DNA of 64,000 nucleotides. Origin: a virus (taxonomy: Duplodnaviria; Caudoviricetes). Shown here one piece after another: positions 37,701-47,161 of the stretch. The DNA is taken from positions 64,001-128,000 of IMG/VR virus record IMGVR_UViG_3300028805_002025. One strand, 5' to 3'. The notes beneath the pieces are model-generated. The model did not search any database. It worked only from the letters and a program-made list of their open reading frames with translations, and was not told where the DNA came from. The position numbers were made by a program, and so were the translations under genes. Within the stretch, counting starts at the first letter, position 1. Each line of letters opens with the position of its first letter.

Positions 37701-38902
37701 ATTAATTTCTCAAAAGAATTTGATTCATTGTAGAAGTCAACAAGAAATTCCTCCTTCGGTCTGATATGGTATCCAGTAAGGTCGCATTCGCTCTCAGATT
37801 CTGGTCTGCTGTACATATAATGTATCTTACCATTAGTCTCTACATAAACCCTAATCCTAATCTCCTTAGGTGCATTTGCACAATCTTTACCAAGACACTT
37901 ATCTACATCTTCCTCTGCTGCTTTCTTACCTTTAGCTGAACGCTTCCTTGTAAACCTTGTTGGTTGAACATTCATATCATCAATATTACCACAACCACAT
38001 ACAATAGGTGTAGGGCCACTGAATGTCAAAATACTTCCACAATTACAATTCTCATTTATATTAAATTCAGAAATGGCATCACAATTACAATTCTCATTTA
38101 TATTGAATTCAGAAATGGCATCACAATTACATTTGTCGCTACAATGGGGTACACAGATAAGAACCACCTTATCTATTACAATATTAAAGCTACATTTCTG
38201 TGTTTCACACGGATTGACAAGCTCGTAGTTTGAAATGCCACCATCGGCGAAATACTTCAATATCTCACCGTCTGTAGGGCGTTTCTGGGAATGCATATTG
38301 ATACCAAATGGGTTGTTGATTTCGTACAGATATTCGTTTCCGTATATATCTGGGTCTGCTTCTTCTTCTACCCTACAACCATTCTTATCCCTAACTACAA
38401 CAAGCTTCTTACCAATCTGATAGGTTTCCTCTACTACTTCTCCATCTACTGTATGTTTGTAGGTATAATATGACATATCCCCAGAGAAGAATAACTCCCC
38501 AGGAAATCTATTTACAATGTCAGTGATTGAAGACCTAAACAATTCGGTAAGAGAACCATAGTAGGCAAAGTCCCTAAAATCGTAATAGTCCTGTTTAAGG
38601 ACAATCTTGGTGTCGTTCTCCTCGTCGTAGTCTGACACCATCTGTTTTACGGTCTCAAGAGTCCATACGTCACCACTTATACCCTTCTCCCATTTCTTGG
38701 TGCTGTACTGGTTTGAAACCCTCCTATCATCCCTTACGGTTATGATGAAGTTGCTACTCTGATATATAGGTGTCTGACCAGGTGCAAACTGGTTGAGTCC
38801 ACCGATAGTAGTAATGTCCCTCTCCCAGATTGTACCGTCGTTTATGGTCTGGTGCTTTGATTTAAGCACATAGTTAGAATGCGATTTAATAAAATTACCC
38901 AT
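34736..38902 (-). CDS. Large baseplate/tail structural protein
   Basis: 1388 aa in the baseplate operon; EFLRRL...YIWRHKGTIEGIEMILGMFG resembles the wedge/P2 gpI-like KGT motif; C-terminal YLTQLVPSTAIF. Confidence 0.65.
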   Translation of the reverse strand: MGNFIKSHSNYVLKSKHQTINDGTIWERDITTIGGLNQFAPGQTPIYQSSNFIITVRDDRRVSNQYSTKKWEKGISGDVWTLETVKQMVSDYDEENDTKIVLKQDYYDFRDFAYYGSLTELFRSSITDIVNRFPGELFFSGDMSYYTYKHTVDGEVVEETYQIGKKLVVVRDKNGCRVEEEADPDIYGNEYLYEINNPFGINMHSQKRPTDGEILKYFADGGISNYELVNPCETQKCSFNIVIDKVVLICVPHCSDKCNCDAISEFNINENCNCDAISEFNINENCNCGSILTFSGPTPIVCGCGNIDDMNVQPTRFTRKRSAKGKKAAEEDVDKCLGKDCANAPKEIRIRVYVETNGKIHYMYSRPESESECDLTGYHIRPKEEFLVDFYNESNSFEKLILNFDTTPRYKSTFSVISEDEFGYKREFKTFYFPTSNGSYNPTIDDSFISELIKIGEFYDERFTDNIWRSMTHEAIKNFDWTYTREYVDGEEIEYVAGGKKIQKALRIFAREFDEIKTYIDNIRFMNRVTYDQRSNLPDYFLSDKCEEDGWDVKYVIPYGIEEKYITGESAGTVVEDTVYTDIATQLGNAVSAGTGDEMKVSYFSRDYSQDSKKLVKPYTKENIKDGSANGYFMDCTEGGGFKCWLNDIYGTKIRKATELGTRPGSTPADECVVRYEETAILERDDDTNRITNRIKSYTDENDFSYMGVNNEFLRRLSLNSKYIWRHKGTIEGIEMILGMFGLKSKRWLDRMNCNDMKYTAANGYVCDPSLRYKQAEDRCNPGECEAVPDYEIKEYTSFAKRIEEKWDVEHQMYRIDWVNTTKTITYDYRSQSNYTLPGSIGYTGIPYQGIPVVPRYEYSGYTDDEKYLKNKLEEFYLDDKGNKIYKRYLYPYFSKTEQFDGDPYFQMDGGWLAKKITGGEKEYNMQFDVEDNIVYNQYVPSGTVTENGFIDDNRPLYKETIRSIKRVDTLSDLVSVPQNALHDGSIYYVNRIGRDVAVVNGQIFDITHNGNQRFVTYVRKGGFITVGDKYFDETIVVYNKDYEPTTYYIDDKLDGYEIKAYIKEEDDDFITYNFDNPAYTITSFQIISDNFEVDSAITYTNYYILDDVSFSDSIASPGEKDGWRRLKENDYEYMRINTITNYYNGNNGHNGNMVYDSGHEYFTYFNRLFKYAYDNDKFDPRCYTDGFDWLGGEVFDYGFSGLIDSNEEIKQYDKFLLEEDKIHYFGNFKDNPDPDGSEMTKSIWERKYNIKDIYVFGDWHKYASGQADFETARARSLSMAKKSGDNWQALVGIKTYTISSMTTYNEASLSGIGITDMTGIDDVSNQIVNNKRLKIIFNMKYPFNSKDGQCELKYIDDIVMNYLTQLVPSTAIFDVEYNYCEFNYDGC
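38038..38131. repeat. 42-bp tandem repeat (about 2.2 copies) coding CNCDAISEFNINEN
   Basis: CACAATTACAATTCTCATTTATATT(A/G)AATTCAGAAATGGCAT at 38038 and 38080. Confidence 0.9.
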
Positions 38903-38903
38903 A

Positions 38904-39824
38904 CTACAAAGTTAATATTTCATTTATTTTGGTCTGTACATCTTCTTCGTATGTAATATAACCTAATTTTATGTTATGCTCTTTGCATAACTTATTTTTC
39001 CTTTCGTCTAGCTGTCTAACGTATATTAACTTATTTTCTCCACCAAAATATTCTATTGGCTTATAATGCTGTATACCTTGACATTCTATAGCAATGTTAT
39101 AATCTGGTAAATAAAAATCTAGATGTTGTTTATTTAGCCAAGGAAACACGTTTTTATCACATTTTTGTATAAACTTAATTTCAAGCTTTTCTAACTCTTT
39201 TAATGTTTTACTCTCAAGTATGCTATTATTGCAAGCAGGACATCCTTGGCCTTGTAGGTGGCAATATGGTCGTTGCCAAAATTCTCCATGTTTCTTACAT
39301 ATTACACAAACTTTTTCATAGCACCCCTTATAAACAACTTTAGAATAATCATACTTATTGCCATGTACTAATCTAGCCTCGCTAATAAAGCCATCAGTAT
39401 TTTTGAAATTATTTATCGAATTTTCAGCAATTGCACATTTTTTACATCCATGACCATTTAGATGATGATGTGCTTGTTGGTAAAATTCGCCATGCTCTGG
39501 GCATATAATGCATACTTTATCTTTTGACCTAGTATAGTTAACTTTTGAATAATCATATTTATTACCGTGTATTATTTTTGCTTTTTCTATGAAATATTCT
39601 TTTGTAAAAGACTTACTTATGCCCCTTTTATTTTTCCAACAAATTGGGCATCCAGACTCATTACGTAAATGATTATCAGCTAACTGCCAAAACTCACCGT
39701 GTTCTGGGCATATGATACATACTTTTGTTCTACAGTTTTCGTAAATCACTTTCGAATAATCATATTTATCACCATGTATTTTTTTAGCTTTGGCGATGAA
39801 TTCCTCTGTTGTTAACTTTTTCAT
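38904..39824 (-). mobile_element. Free-standing homing endonuclease-like gene inserted in the baseplate operon
   Basis: Three YDYSKV...CxxHGEF repeats; C-terminal LDFYLPDYNIAIECQGIQH; AT-rich; stop 1 nt before the next start. Confidence 0.8.
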
Positions 39825-39856
39825 AGTTTGAATGACTCTTTATAAGTGGCATTTTC

Positions 39857-40777
39857 TTAGCTTATCTTATCATCAATTGTCTGGCTAAAGTCAATTGAAT
39901 TATTCTTGTTGTGTTTAACCTCGTAGACAGGCTTTCCTGTGTACTGGTCTTTGAGTGTGAAGTGCTCTGCCTGCATATAAATCTCGTTATTGTCATTGAA
40001 TGTTGTAACAAGACCGTTGTCAAGGTCTCTGAGCTGACTGTTCTCAAGCATGTAACTGATTGTATCGGCATCATGCGTAGTCATTTCAATATCAAGCATT
40101 ATTGGCTCGAAGAACGTATTGACAAGCAATATCTTCTGCGTAGGCTTTCCTATGTATGGAAGTGCATTATCCTTGAATGTAGGTGCAGACGATGGAGATA
40201 CAGTTACGAATGTAAGAGTTGATGCATCATCATACCTGTATGTATATGATTTATCACTTGATGAGTTAGGTGCTTGTACAACTGGCTCACACCTGTTATT
40301 ACTGGTGATAATCCTGTAATAATCCTGTCTTGCTCCATTGTCATCAATATAGATAATTCTATAACCTATAAGCTCGTTATTCTTTCGTGCTTTAACCTGT
40401 ATGCTTGCATTGTTAATCATCGTCGTATCCAATACAAGACCCCTAACGTTTGGAAACGCTGTTAGAGTACTCACATCGGTAATGACAGCCTCAATCTCCT
40501 TAGGCTTGATGTAAACGCTGTAGAAACCCTTCTTATTGAACTCACTGAGAGGTAGCTGAAGGTTGTACATACCCTCTACGAACTCGTCAACGTCGCCAGT
40601 AACCTTGTCCCTTCTAGCCTGCGTAAGGATAGCTGAGTCAAGCTTCTTGAACCTGGCGTTAGTCAAAGAGTCGTAAGTCCTCTTCTCATGATAACAGTAT
40701 GATATGTCAACCAAATTTGGAATGTCAACATTAGCAATATTTATCGGTATTGTAGTACCGTAACATCCGATGGCCAT
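39857..40777 (-). CDS. Putative structural protein
   Basis: 306 aa in the baseplate operon. Confidence 0.6.
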   Translation of the reverse strand: MAIGCYGTTIPINIANVDIPNLVDISYCYHEKRTYDSLTNARFKKLDSAILTQARRDKVTGDVDEFVEGMYNLQLPLSEFNKKGFYSVYIKPKEIEAVITDVSTLTAFPNVRGLVLDTTMINNASIQVKARKNNELIGYRIIYIDDNGARQDYYRIITSNNRCEPVVQAPNSSSDKSYTYRYDDASTLTFVTVSPSSAPTFKDNALPYIGKPTQKILLVNTFFEPIMLDIEMTTHDADTISYMLENSQLRDLDNGLVTTFNDNNEIYMQAEHFTLKDQYTGKPVYEVKHNKNNSIDFSQTIDDKIS

Positions 40778-40799
40778 ATTGTAAAATTTTTTTGGTATA

Positions 40800-43700
40800 T
40801 TAGTTATTCATTATCTTGAAATACCCGTTGGTATATTGCTCAAGTGCCTCCATGCTTGTAATCTCACCCAGTTTGAGGTGTTTCTCGAAGGCTGCGTTTA
40901 TTCCTCTGTCTATATAAATATCAGTATCTATGTTTTGTATGCAGGCTGTACCCATCTTATATTCCTCTCTGAATACAGGGAAAACACTTGTTCCGTTATA
41001 GAGTTCAAAATCATTTGTATTCGTCTTGAGAGGCATTTCTAAATGAGCTAAGGCTGCGTAGTAGTAATTGTTATAGTCTGACTCTACCTTGGTCATGTCC
41101 TGTGTCATCACGTAGCAGACGATTGGATAACTCAACGTGTGGGCTGATACTGTGTTCTGTGTCATAGGTATCTGTTTCCTCACATCAGTCTTCAGATAGT
41201 ACTGTACTTCAGTTTCAACGAATTTCACAGTCTCTGTGTAGCACACACCACTACTGAAGTTGTTGCCTGTAACTATCTTAAATGGCTCATTTTCAGCATT
41301 TCTGACTAATGTTGCGCCTATATAATAGGTAACGTCACAGTAGATATCATCGTCAAATATAAATGTACTTCCAGATGCCTGTCTAATCGCTTCTTCAATC
41401 TCTTCTCTCTTCTGCTGTACCTCTTCTATGGCTTCCAGTGATGTTTTATCAGTTGAGGCTTCAACGACAGTTGATATTTCATCATCTTCACCTTCATGGT
41501 AGACAATAGTATTACCTTCATTATCTCTGTAATAGAATTTCATGCCAGTAATTATATCCCCAATGAAGTAGTTTGGGGTATTAGGCATTAAATCTTGCTG
41601 TTTTTCAACCGTCATACTGAACCTCTTGACGTTAGCCACGTTTCCAAGCTGGTAGATTGGTTCTAACTTAGAGCCTTCTGGCGGCTGGTGATTATAGGTA
41701 TCAGTACCAATCTTATATAAAGCCTCTATGGTATTTCCTATGTCGTCTGTGAGCAATGAGGTAGAACGTAGGTCATACAGTTTTGATTCTGCTGTTCCAG
41801 AAAGGATTCCTCCAAGGTAAACGTCTATATCGTCGTCAACTTTTTTCTTAACCTCGAATGCTTTTGAGTCTACCTCGTATTTTTCTTCAGTATCATTAAG
41901 TTCAACAACATATCCCTCATCATAGTGGTATATTATTCCTCCATCTTCTGATACTTCGTAATGGCAAGATTCTTCATCGCATACCATGATAACATTAGTA
42001 ATGTATAACAAGTCATCAGAAGCTATACAAGTTCCACTTGTTATCCTAATATAGTCAATACCATTAATAGTTATACCGCTTAAAACGGGCTTTCCTTCTT
42101 CATCTTCTTCTATCACATGCTGAGTTCCCATGTAGGTAATGAACTCCTTATAGTCCTCAATGGTAGTACTGGTTCTTGGGAACTTCTTGTATATGTCTGG
42201 GTTCAGTGTACTTCCACTACATGTAGAGTCGTTATCAACGTTTGTTTTCTCCTTGAAGAATGGGAAATAGTAGAACTGACTGCATGCCCCACTAAACGGA
42301 TAGAAATCGGCATATATCCTCTTTCCGTTTATTATCGTATAAGGAGTGTCGGTATATTCTTCCCTGTATACGAAGAATGTCCTACCACTTATATACTTAT
42401 TCTTTCCATCATATACACCATACTCCAGTTTCTGTATATCGTACAGTGAAGTACCTATGAGTATCGCATCATGTTTTTCAATAGGATATCTGATAGCTAA
42501 TTGCTGTCTTAACCCTGTTTCAGCACTACTAGTTACACGTCTGTCGTTGTCGTCAAACGTATAATAGAAAATCTGCCCCTGGGTGTATCCACTTCTCTCA
42601 TATGTTGGTTTACCTTCAGTATCCTTAATATCTATTGTATATCCAGAGTTTTTTTCTCTGTACGCATAGTCGTACTCCTCAAATGAACAAGCTACCTGTT
42701 CAAGCTCTGGATTGTATTTAGCCCAATCTACCTGTATGATTGCATTGCTGCCACATTTAGGACAATGACCTGTAAACTCACCTTCGTAGCCACAAGTACT
42801 GCATGATGAAACGAACATTTCCATGTACTCCGTGTCATAACTGAAACCAGAACCTCCAGTGAGAATCATAGCCTCTTTATCCATTGTTACCACAGTACCA
42901 TGTCTTGTATTTTCAGACTGTCCGTAGCCTTCTGCTGTCCTATAGTCTATACCAAGTTCATACTCCTTAGAAAATATACTAAATTCTCCCAAATCATCAA
43001 TAGAAACCTGCATTGAAAGTGGCATAATAATGGTAGGAATTGCACAATTTTCTTTCTCAATACTTGGTACAATGTTTTTCTGTATGGCTTCATACCAGGT
43101 ATTCATCTGTTTAAGTATGTCATTACCACCAAGCTTGAACCATTTCTCGCACTCACAACAGTCTGTTGAACCAGAGCAATCGAATATTGTCAGACCATCT
43201 TTTCCGTATCCGCTTCTATCTTCAAGCCATCCTCTCCACTTGATTACATCTGGGTAGAACAGCTTATCTCTTCTCCAGTAATCCTTGTACTGGTTTGGTA
43301 TGACGAATGAAGGTATGATATGTTCACAAATCCACTTGTAGAAACCGTCGTCAACAGCTTCTGATATTACTGTATGGGCAGAACAATTGTCAAAGTTACA
43401 TATATCCTTTGTATTGTCGCAAATAACAGTAATTGCAGAACCTCCTCTTGCCCTAAACAGCTCATCCATATCTATGTATGTTTGTTCCTCAGCACCATAT
43501 TTAAGCTGTGGCGCATAACCATGTTTTGATTCGGCTTTATAGTATTGTGTTGCACTTGAATAAACAATACCACAGTGACCCCAGTCATTAAGGAGGTGAT
43601 AGTAATCTGTAAAGAACTTATACCAATCACTTAACTCCTCCCAAGATATTACAAATGGATGGTTTATATCACCAAGGTCTTCATATGCTGAAATTGCTGA

Positions 43701-44015
43701 ACCACCACAGATACCAGACCCACTAGGAGCATTATCATAAATCCTAGTATTACAATAGCACTCTCTATCAGTTTCCAATGTCGTACCATAGCAATGAGAA
43801 TCATACGAGAGATTCCAGTCTGTTGCAGCACTTGGTGCTTTATCCAGTACAATATTCACTGGTATCATACCGTAGTTACTTGGAAACTCATACTCCCTAG
43901 CCTTCAATGAGTCCTCATCGAAGTAGTAAAGAACATTATCCTTGTATGCTGGGAGCACACCAGGAAGTCTTGATGTCATCGGTTCTAACGATATTATTCT
44001 CTGTATAGTTCTCAT
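40800..44015 (-). CDS. Large putative structural protein
   Basis: 1071 aa, acidic, Cys-rich with CxxC...CPKC ribbon; C-terminal IYIDRG; about 12 S[GA]xT. Confidence 0.65.
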   Translation of the reverse strand: MRTIQRIISLEPMTSRLPGVLPAYKDNVLYYFDEDSLKAREYEFPSNYGMIPVNIVLDKAPSAATDWNLSYDSHCYGTTLETDRECYCNTRIYDNAPSGSGICGGSAISAYEDLGDINHPFVISWEELSDWYKFFTDYYHLLNDWGHCGIVYSSATQYYKAESKHGYAPQLKYGAEEQTYIDMDELFRARGGSAITVICDNTKDICNFDNCSAHTVISEAVDDGFYKWICEHIIPSFVIPNQYKDYWRRDKLFYPDVIKWRGWLEDRSGYGKDGLTIFDCSGSTDCCECEKWFKLGGNDILKQMNTWYEAIQKNIVPSIEKENCAIPTIIMPLSMQVSIDDLGEFSIFSKEYELGIDYRTAEGYGQSENTRHGTVVTMDKEAMILTGGSGFSYDTEYMEMFVSSCSTCGYEGEFTGHCPKCGSNAIIQVDWAKYNPELEQVACSFEEYDYAYREKNSGYTIDIKDTEGKPTYERSGYTQGQIFYYTFDDNDRRVTSSAETGLRQQLAIRYPIEKHDAILIGTSLYDIQKLEYGVYDGKNKYISGRTFFVYREEYTDTPYTIINGKRIYADFYPFSGACSQFYYFPFFKEKTNVDNDSTCSGSTLNPDIYKKFPRTSTTIEDYKEFITYMGTQHVIEEDEEGKPVLSGITINGIDYIRITSGTCIASDDLLYITNVIMVCDEESCHYEVSEDGGIIYHYDEGYVVELNDTEEKYEVDSKAFEVKKKVDDDIDVYLGGILSGTAESKLYDLRSTSLLTDDIGNTIEALYKIGTDTYNHQPPEGSKLEPIYQLGNVANVKRFSMTVEKQQDLMPNTPNYFIGDIITGMKFYYRDNEGNTIVYHEGEDDEISTVVEASTDKTSLEAIEEVQQKREEIEEAIRQASGSTFIFDDDIYCDVTYYIGATLVRNAENEPFKIVTGNNFSSGVCYTETVKFVETEVQYYLKTDVRKQIPMTQNTVSAHTLSYPIVCYVMTQDMTKVESDYNNYYYAALAHLEMPLKTNTNDFELYNGTSVFPVFREEYKMGTACIQNIDTDIYIDRGINAAFEKHLKLGEITSMEALEQYTNGYFKIMNN

Positions 44016-44017
44016 TT

Positions 44018-47000
44018 CTATCTATAGTCTTTGTTAAAGTATCTTCTATCAAATTGTTCGTTGTTTACATTGATAAGTGACTTAGTACCCCTTCCCATCG
44101 TAACGTTCTTTCTCTCAGCGTCGCCTTCTGCTGTTTCATACGCAATCTTGAGTTCAAACAGGTTGAGTACAACCCTTCCATCACCGCTTGCTGGAGGAGT
44201 CACATACCTTTCGTCGAACACATACGCATACTCCTTTTTCTTAAAGTCATACACAGCATACAATGGGATATAGGTCTGTGCATATACCTGTGAAAGTGTG
44301 TAACCACTCTTCATTTCATCAACATCAGTCGTTGCACTTAGCCTCAACATTCTTTCTGGATTAAATATATTCACACCAGCGTTATTATATGTAGCTGTAG
44401 TACCACTCATCCAGTGCATAGGAACTATGAACGGTATCGTTCTACCTATTCCAGCATGGTTGAATTCGACTTTCATATAAATAGGTTTTGGGTGCAATTT
44501 TTCAGAGTATTCTTTGAACATATAGAGATAAAATCCTTCAGATGAAGTGTCAGTCTCATATTTGTTGTTTATAATGAACTTAGAACTTATTCTCCTTGTG
44601 TCACCACTCAGTGTCTCACCAGACAAATCACCAATACTATAATCCTTCTTGGTTTTGGTGTGGGCACTAACATACTCTGTCATTACAGATATCCTGTTTG
44701 TTACATTTCCACTGTAACTCTTACCAGTTTCATTAGGGTGGTTCTCAACCAATCCATAGTCATACACGTTCTTCCTTGAGTTGTCAATATATTTCTTGAA
44801 CAACTTATGTTCATCAATGAATACTGTTGACGTTGCCATCAATGTCTGTGTATTAGGGTCTGGAGAATCATAGTAAGAGAATCTAAGGAATGACTTTCCG
44901 ACCTTATCCCTCTGATAGTAGATATCATCGTTTGTAAAGAACAATAGTCCCATAAGGTCTGATGTGTTCTGTAATACATCGCCACTAGTCGTAGCAGAAT
45001 CCCTCAATATCTCGTTATATGGGAAAAAGTCTGTCACAAACCAGTTATCGGTGTGAGCACAGAATGATTCCCTGTCGTTATATCCATCATTCACCCTCCA
45101 GTTTTCAAGATTCCTTGTTCTGAAGTGAAGGTTAACCTCTATCTCACTTATAGGTAGGAAGTCAGTTGTGCTTCCCTTATATGTAGTACCAGATATGTAC
45201 TTAGGAACATAAACATCCTTCTCCATATCCACAATGTCATTTATAGCCTTCTTCTTCTCAGCCTCGTAGAAGTCCCTGTTAACAAGGTCTTCCTGCATCA
45301 TATTGTTGGCAACATTGATATCGAATTTCAATGGAATGTGTATGTGTCCAGTATCGACATAGAGTACAAGGTTTCTAAACAAGTCATAGTATTCATTTGA
45401 CGTTTCTGGGTTATCCTCACCACTTGAGTATCCAATCTCACTTGTAATCTCACGGACTCCAAATGACTTGTTCTTCACATACAGCAGTGTCGTTGACTGA
45501 TTTGTAACAAAATAGTCACAGATTCCAGCGTTCACTCTCTCCCTAAACTCGTCGTTGAAATCGTACACATTAAAATTAGGTGTACACACAAGAAGCGAAC
45601 TACCCTCTATGGATTTCACTACAAACTGGAATGGTACTTTCTCCTCTATCTGTACGAATGACTCAGCAGAGTTAACTCCGTCACCAGAAAATGCAACACC
45701 ACTGAAAACCTGGTATATATTATCGTTTATCTGTATTCCATCATGCTGTACAATATCGTAAGTTACTGTAACAGCAGCACTTGAACTTGCTGAAATGGTT
45801 TCACCATGTCTTTCAAGCTTAGTTCCACCAGACACTATCTTCATAGGCACTTTCTCACCAACAATATCTACCAATGCGTCTTTTTCATCAACAATGCCGT
45901 TTATGTAGTCAATGGCATACTCATGACCATTGATAAGAGCCTTGTCACACATCCTTTTCACTATCTTGTATTTTTTATTGTCATACAGCACAAATGTCTC
46001 ACCACTCATTGAGTATACACCACTGACATAATCCTCATATTCTTCATTCTCAAGGGTTATTATATCCCCTACTGATATATTGGTAGCGTCGTATGTAAGA
46101 TAGACACCAATCTCATCACCATGATTAGCATTCTGAAGTAAGCTGTTCACTGGAAGGGTGACACCTTCAATCTTTATGTAAGACTCGATGTCTTTCAATA
46201 AACTTATTCTGTCAACAACATCGGTTGTAAGTTCCTTTGACACAATTTCCTCGCCTTCAGTATCATCATAGTACACAGTGAATGCAGAGGTTGTGTAATA
46301 ATCCTCTTCCTGTATATCTTCCTTATAGAGTCTCTCAAGAACGTCGCATACATATGTCTCTCCGCTTATTCTAACAGGACAGTAGTTGTCCTTGTAGAAG
46401 ACGTAGTAGAAATATGTACAGAAGCTTATCCTATCAAACGGTATATTCTTCAATTCCTTCTTTGTAAGGACAAACTTTGTCACATAGATGTAATCTGAAT
46501 CATCCTCGAAGTGATTGTAGTACATCTTATCCTCCTTAGACCTGGTAATGGCTGATGCTGCAAGAGCTTCACCATCCTCATAGTATTTTATACCACCTGG
46601 TGATGAATTTACAGAGGATATGTCGTACCTGTCGAAGAAATATTTGTGACCGTCAATTTCAACAGTCTCATCCTCAATCCACACAACGGTATCCAAATAT
46701 ACGAAATTACCCTCTATTTTCGCTTCTACGTCGCTTTCTACTATGCTGACGGTATAATCCTCACCATTGACACTCCAAGCCTCCTTGAGCCAGTTTTTGA
46801 CCGTTATAGAGGTTGTATTAGCACTGATGTAATAGATAACGCCACCAATCTCCACATACCTGTAGTTTTCGTAGACTTTATCTGTGGCATAGTTTATGGT
46901 GTTACCAGACTGAATGTCGTATGCCTTGTCCTTGATTACAATATAGCCGTTCCTTGTCACATTGTTGCATGAGATATTGAGGGTATCCGCATTTGTATCG

Positions 47001-47161
47001 TTGCCGATTGAGAATGCAATCTGCTCCTTCTTTTCAAGGTGATAGTCCTGGCTTGTCACTCCAGAAACAAATGAAAGGTCTGGGGCAAGATATTTCTCAC
47101 TCCAAACCAATTCATCCCTACGTATGCTCTTGTCATCAAGTTTTATACTGTAAGTTAACAT
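44018..47161 (-). CDS. Large putative structural protein
   Basis: 1047 aa beta-rich; about 16 S[GA]xT. Confidence 0.65.
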   Translation of the reverse strand: MLTYSIKLDDKSIRRDELVWSEKYLAPDLSFVSGVTSQDYHLEKKEQIAFSIGNDTNADTLNISCNNVTRNGYIVIKDKAYDIQSGNTINYATDKVYENYRYVEIGGVIYYISANTTSITVKNWLKEAWSVNGEDYTVSIVESDVEAKIEGNFVYLDTVVWIEDETVEIDGHKYFFDRYDISSVNSSPGGIKYYEDGEALAASAITRSKEDKMYYNHFEDDSDYIYVTKFVLTKKELKNIPFDRISFCTYFYYVFYKDNYCPVRISGETYVCDVLERLYKEDIQEEDYYTTSAFTVYYDDTEGEEIVSKELTTDVVDRISLLKDIESYIKIEGVTLPVNSLLQNANHGDEIGVYLTYDATNISVGDIITLENEEYEDYVSGVYSMSGETFVLYDNKKYKIVKRMCDKALINGHEYAIDYINGIVDEKDALVDIVGEKVPMKIVSGGTKLERHGETISASSSAAVTVTYDIVQHDGIQINDNIYQVFSGVAFSGDGVNSAESFVQIEEKVPFQFVVKSIEGSSLLVCTPNFNVYDFNDEFRERVNAGICDYFVTNQSTTLLYVKNKSFGVREITSEIGYSSGEDNPETSNEYYDLFRNLVLYVDTGHIHIPLKFDINVANNMMQEDLVNRDFYEAEKKKAINDIVDMEKDVYVPKYISGTTYKGSTTDFLPISEIEVNLHFRTRNLENWRVNDGYNDRESFCAHTDNWFVTDFFPYNEILRDSATTSGDVLQNTSDLMGLLFFTNDDIYYQRDKVGKSFLRFSYYDSPDPNTQTLMATSTVFIDEHKLFKKYIDNSRKNVYDYGLVENHPNETGKSYSGNVTNRISVMTEYVSAHTKTKKDYSIGDLSGETLSGDTRRISSKFIINNKYETDTSSEGFYLYMFKEYSEKLHPKPIYMKVEFNHAGIGRTIPFIVPMHWMSGTTATYNNAGVNIFNPERMLRLSATTDVDEMKSGYTLSQVYAQTYIPLYAVYDFKKKEYAYVFDERYVTPPASGDGRVVLNLFELKIAYETAEGDAERKNVTMGRGTKSLINVNNEQFDRRYFNKDYR

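Noticed and set aside
38038-38131. CRISPR array (also considered for 8817-8921 and 33200-33415)
   Set aside because: Repeats are in-frame coding units with periods divisible by three, only two near-identical copies or degenerate copies, and no cas genes
3158-39824. Group I introns or inteins housing the endonuclease genes
   Set aside because: Each endonuclease ORF abuts or overlaps complete neighbouring genes, leaving no room for intron core structure; no split host gene is evident
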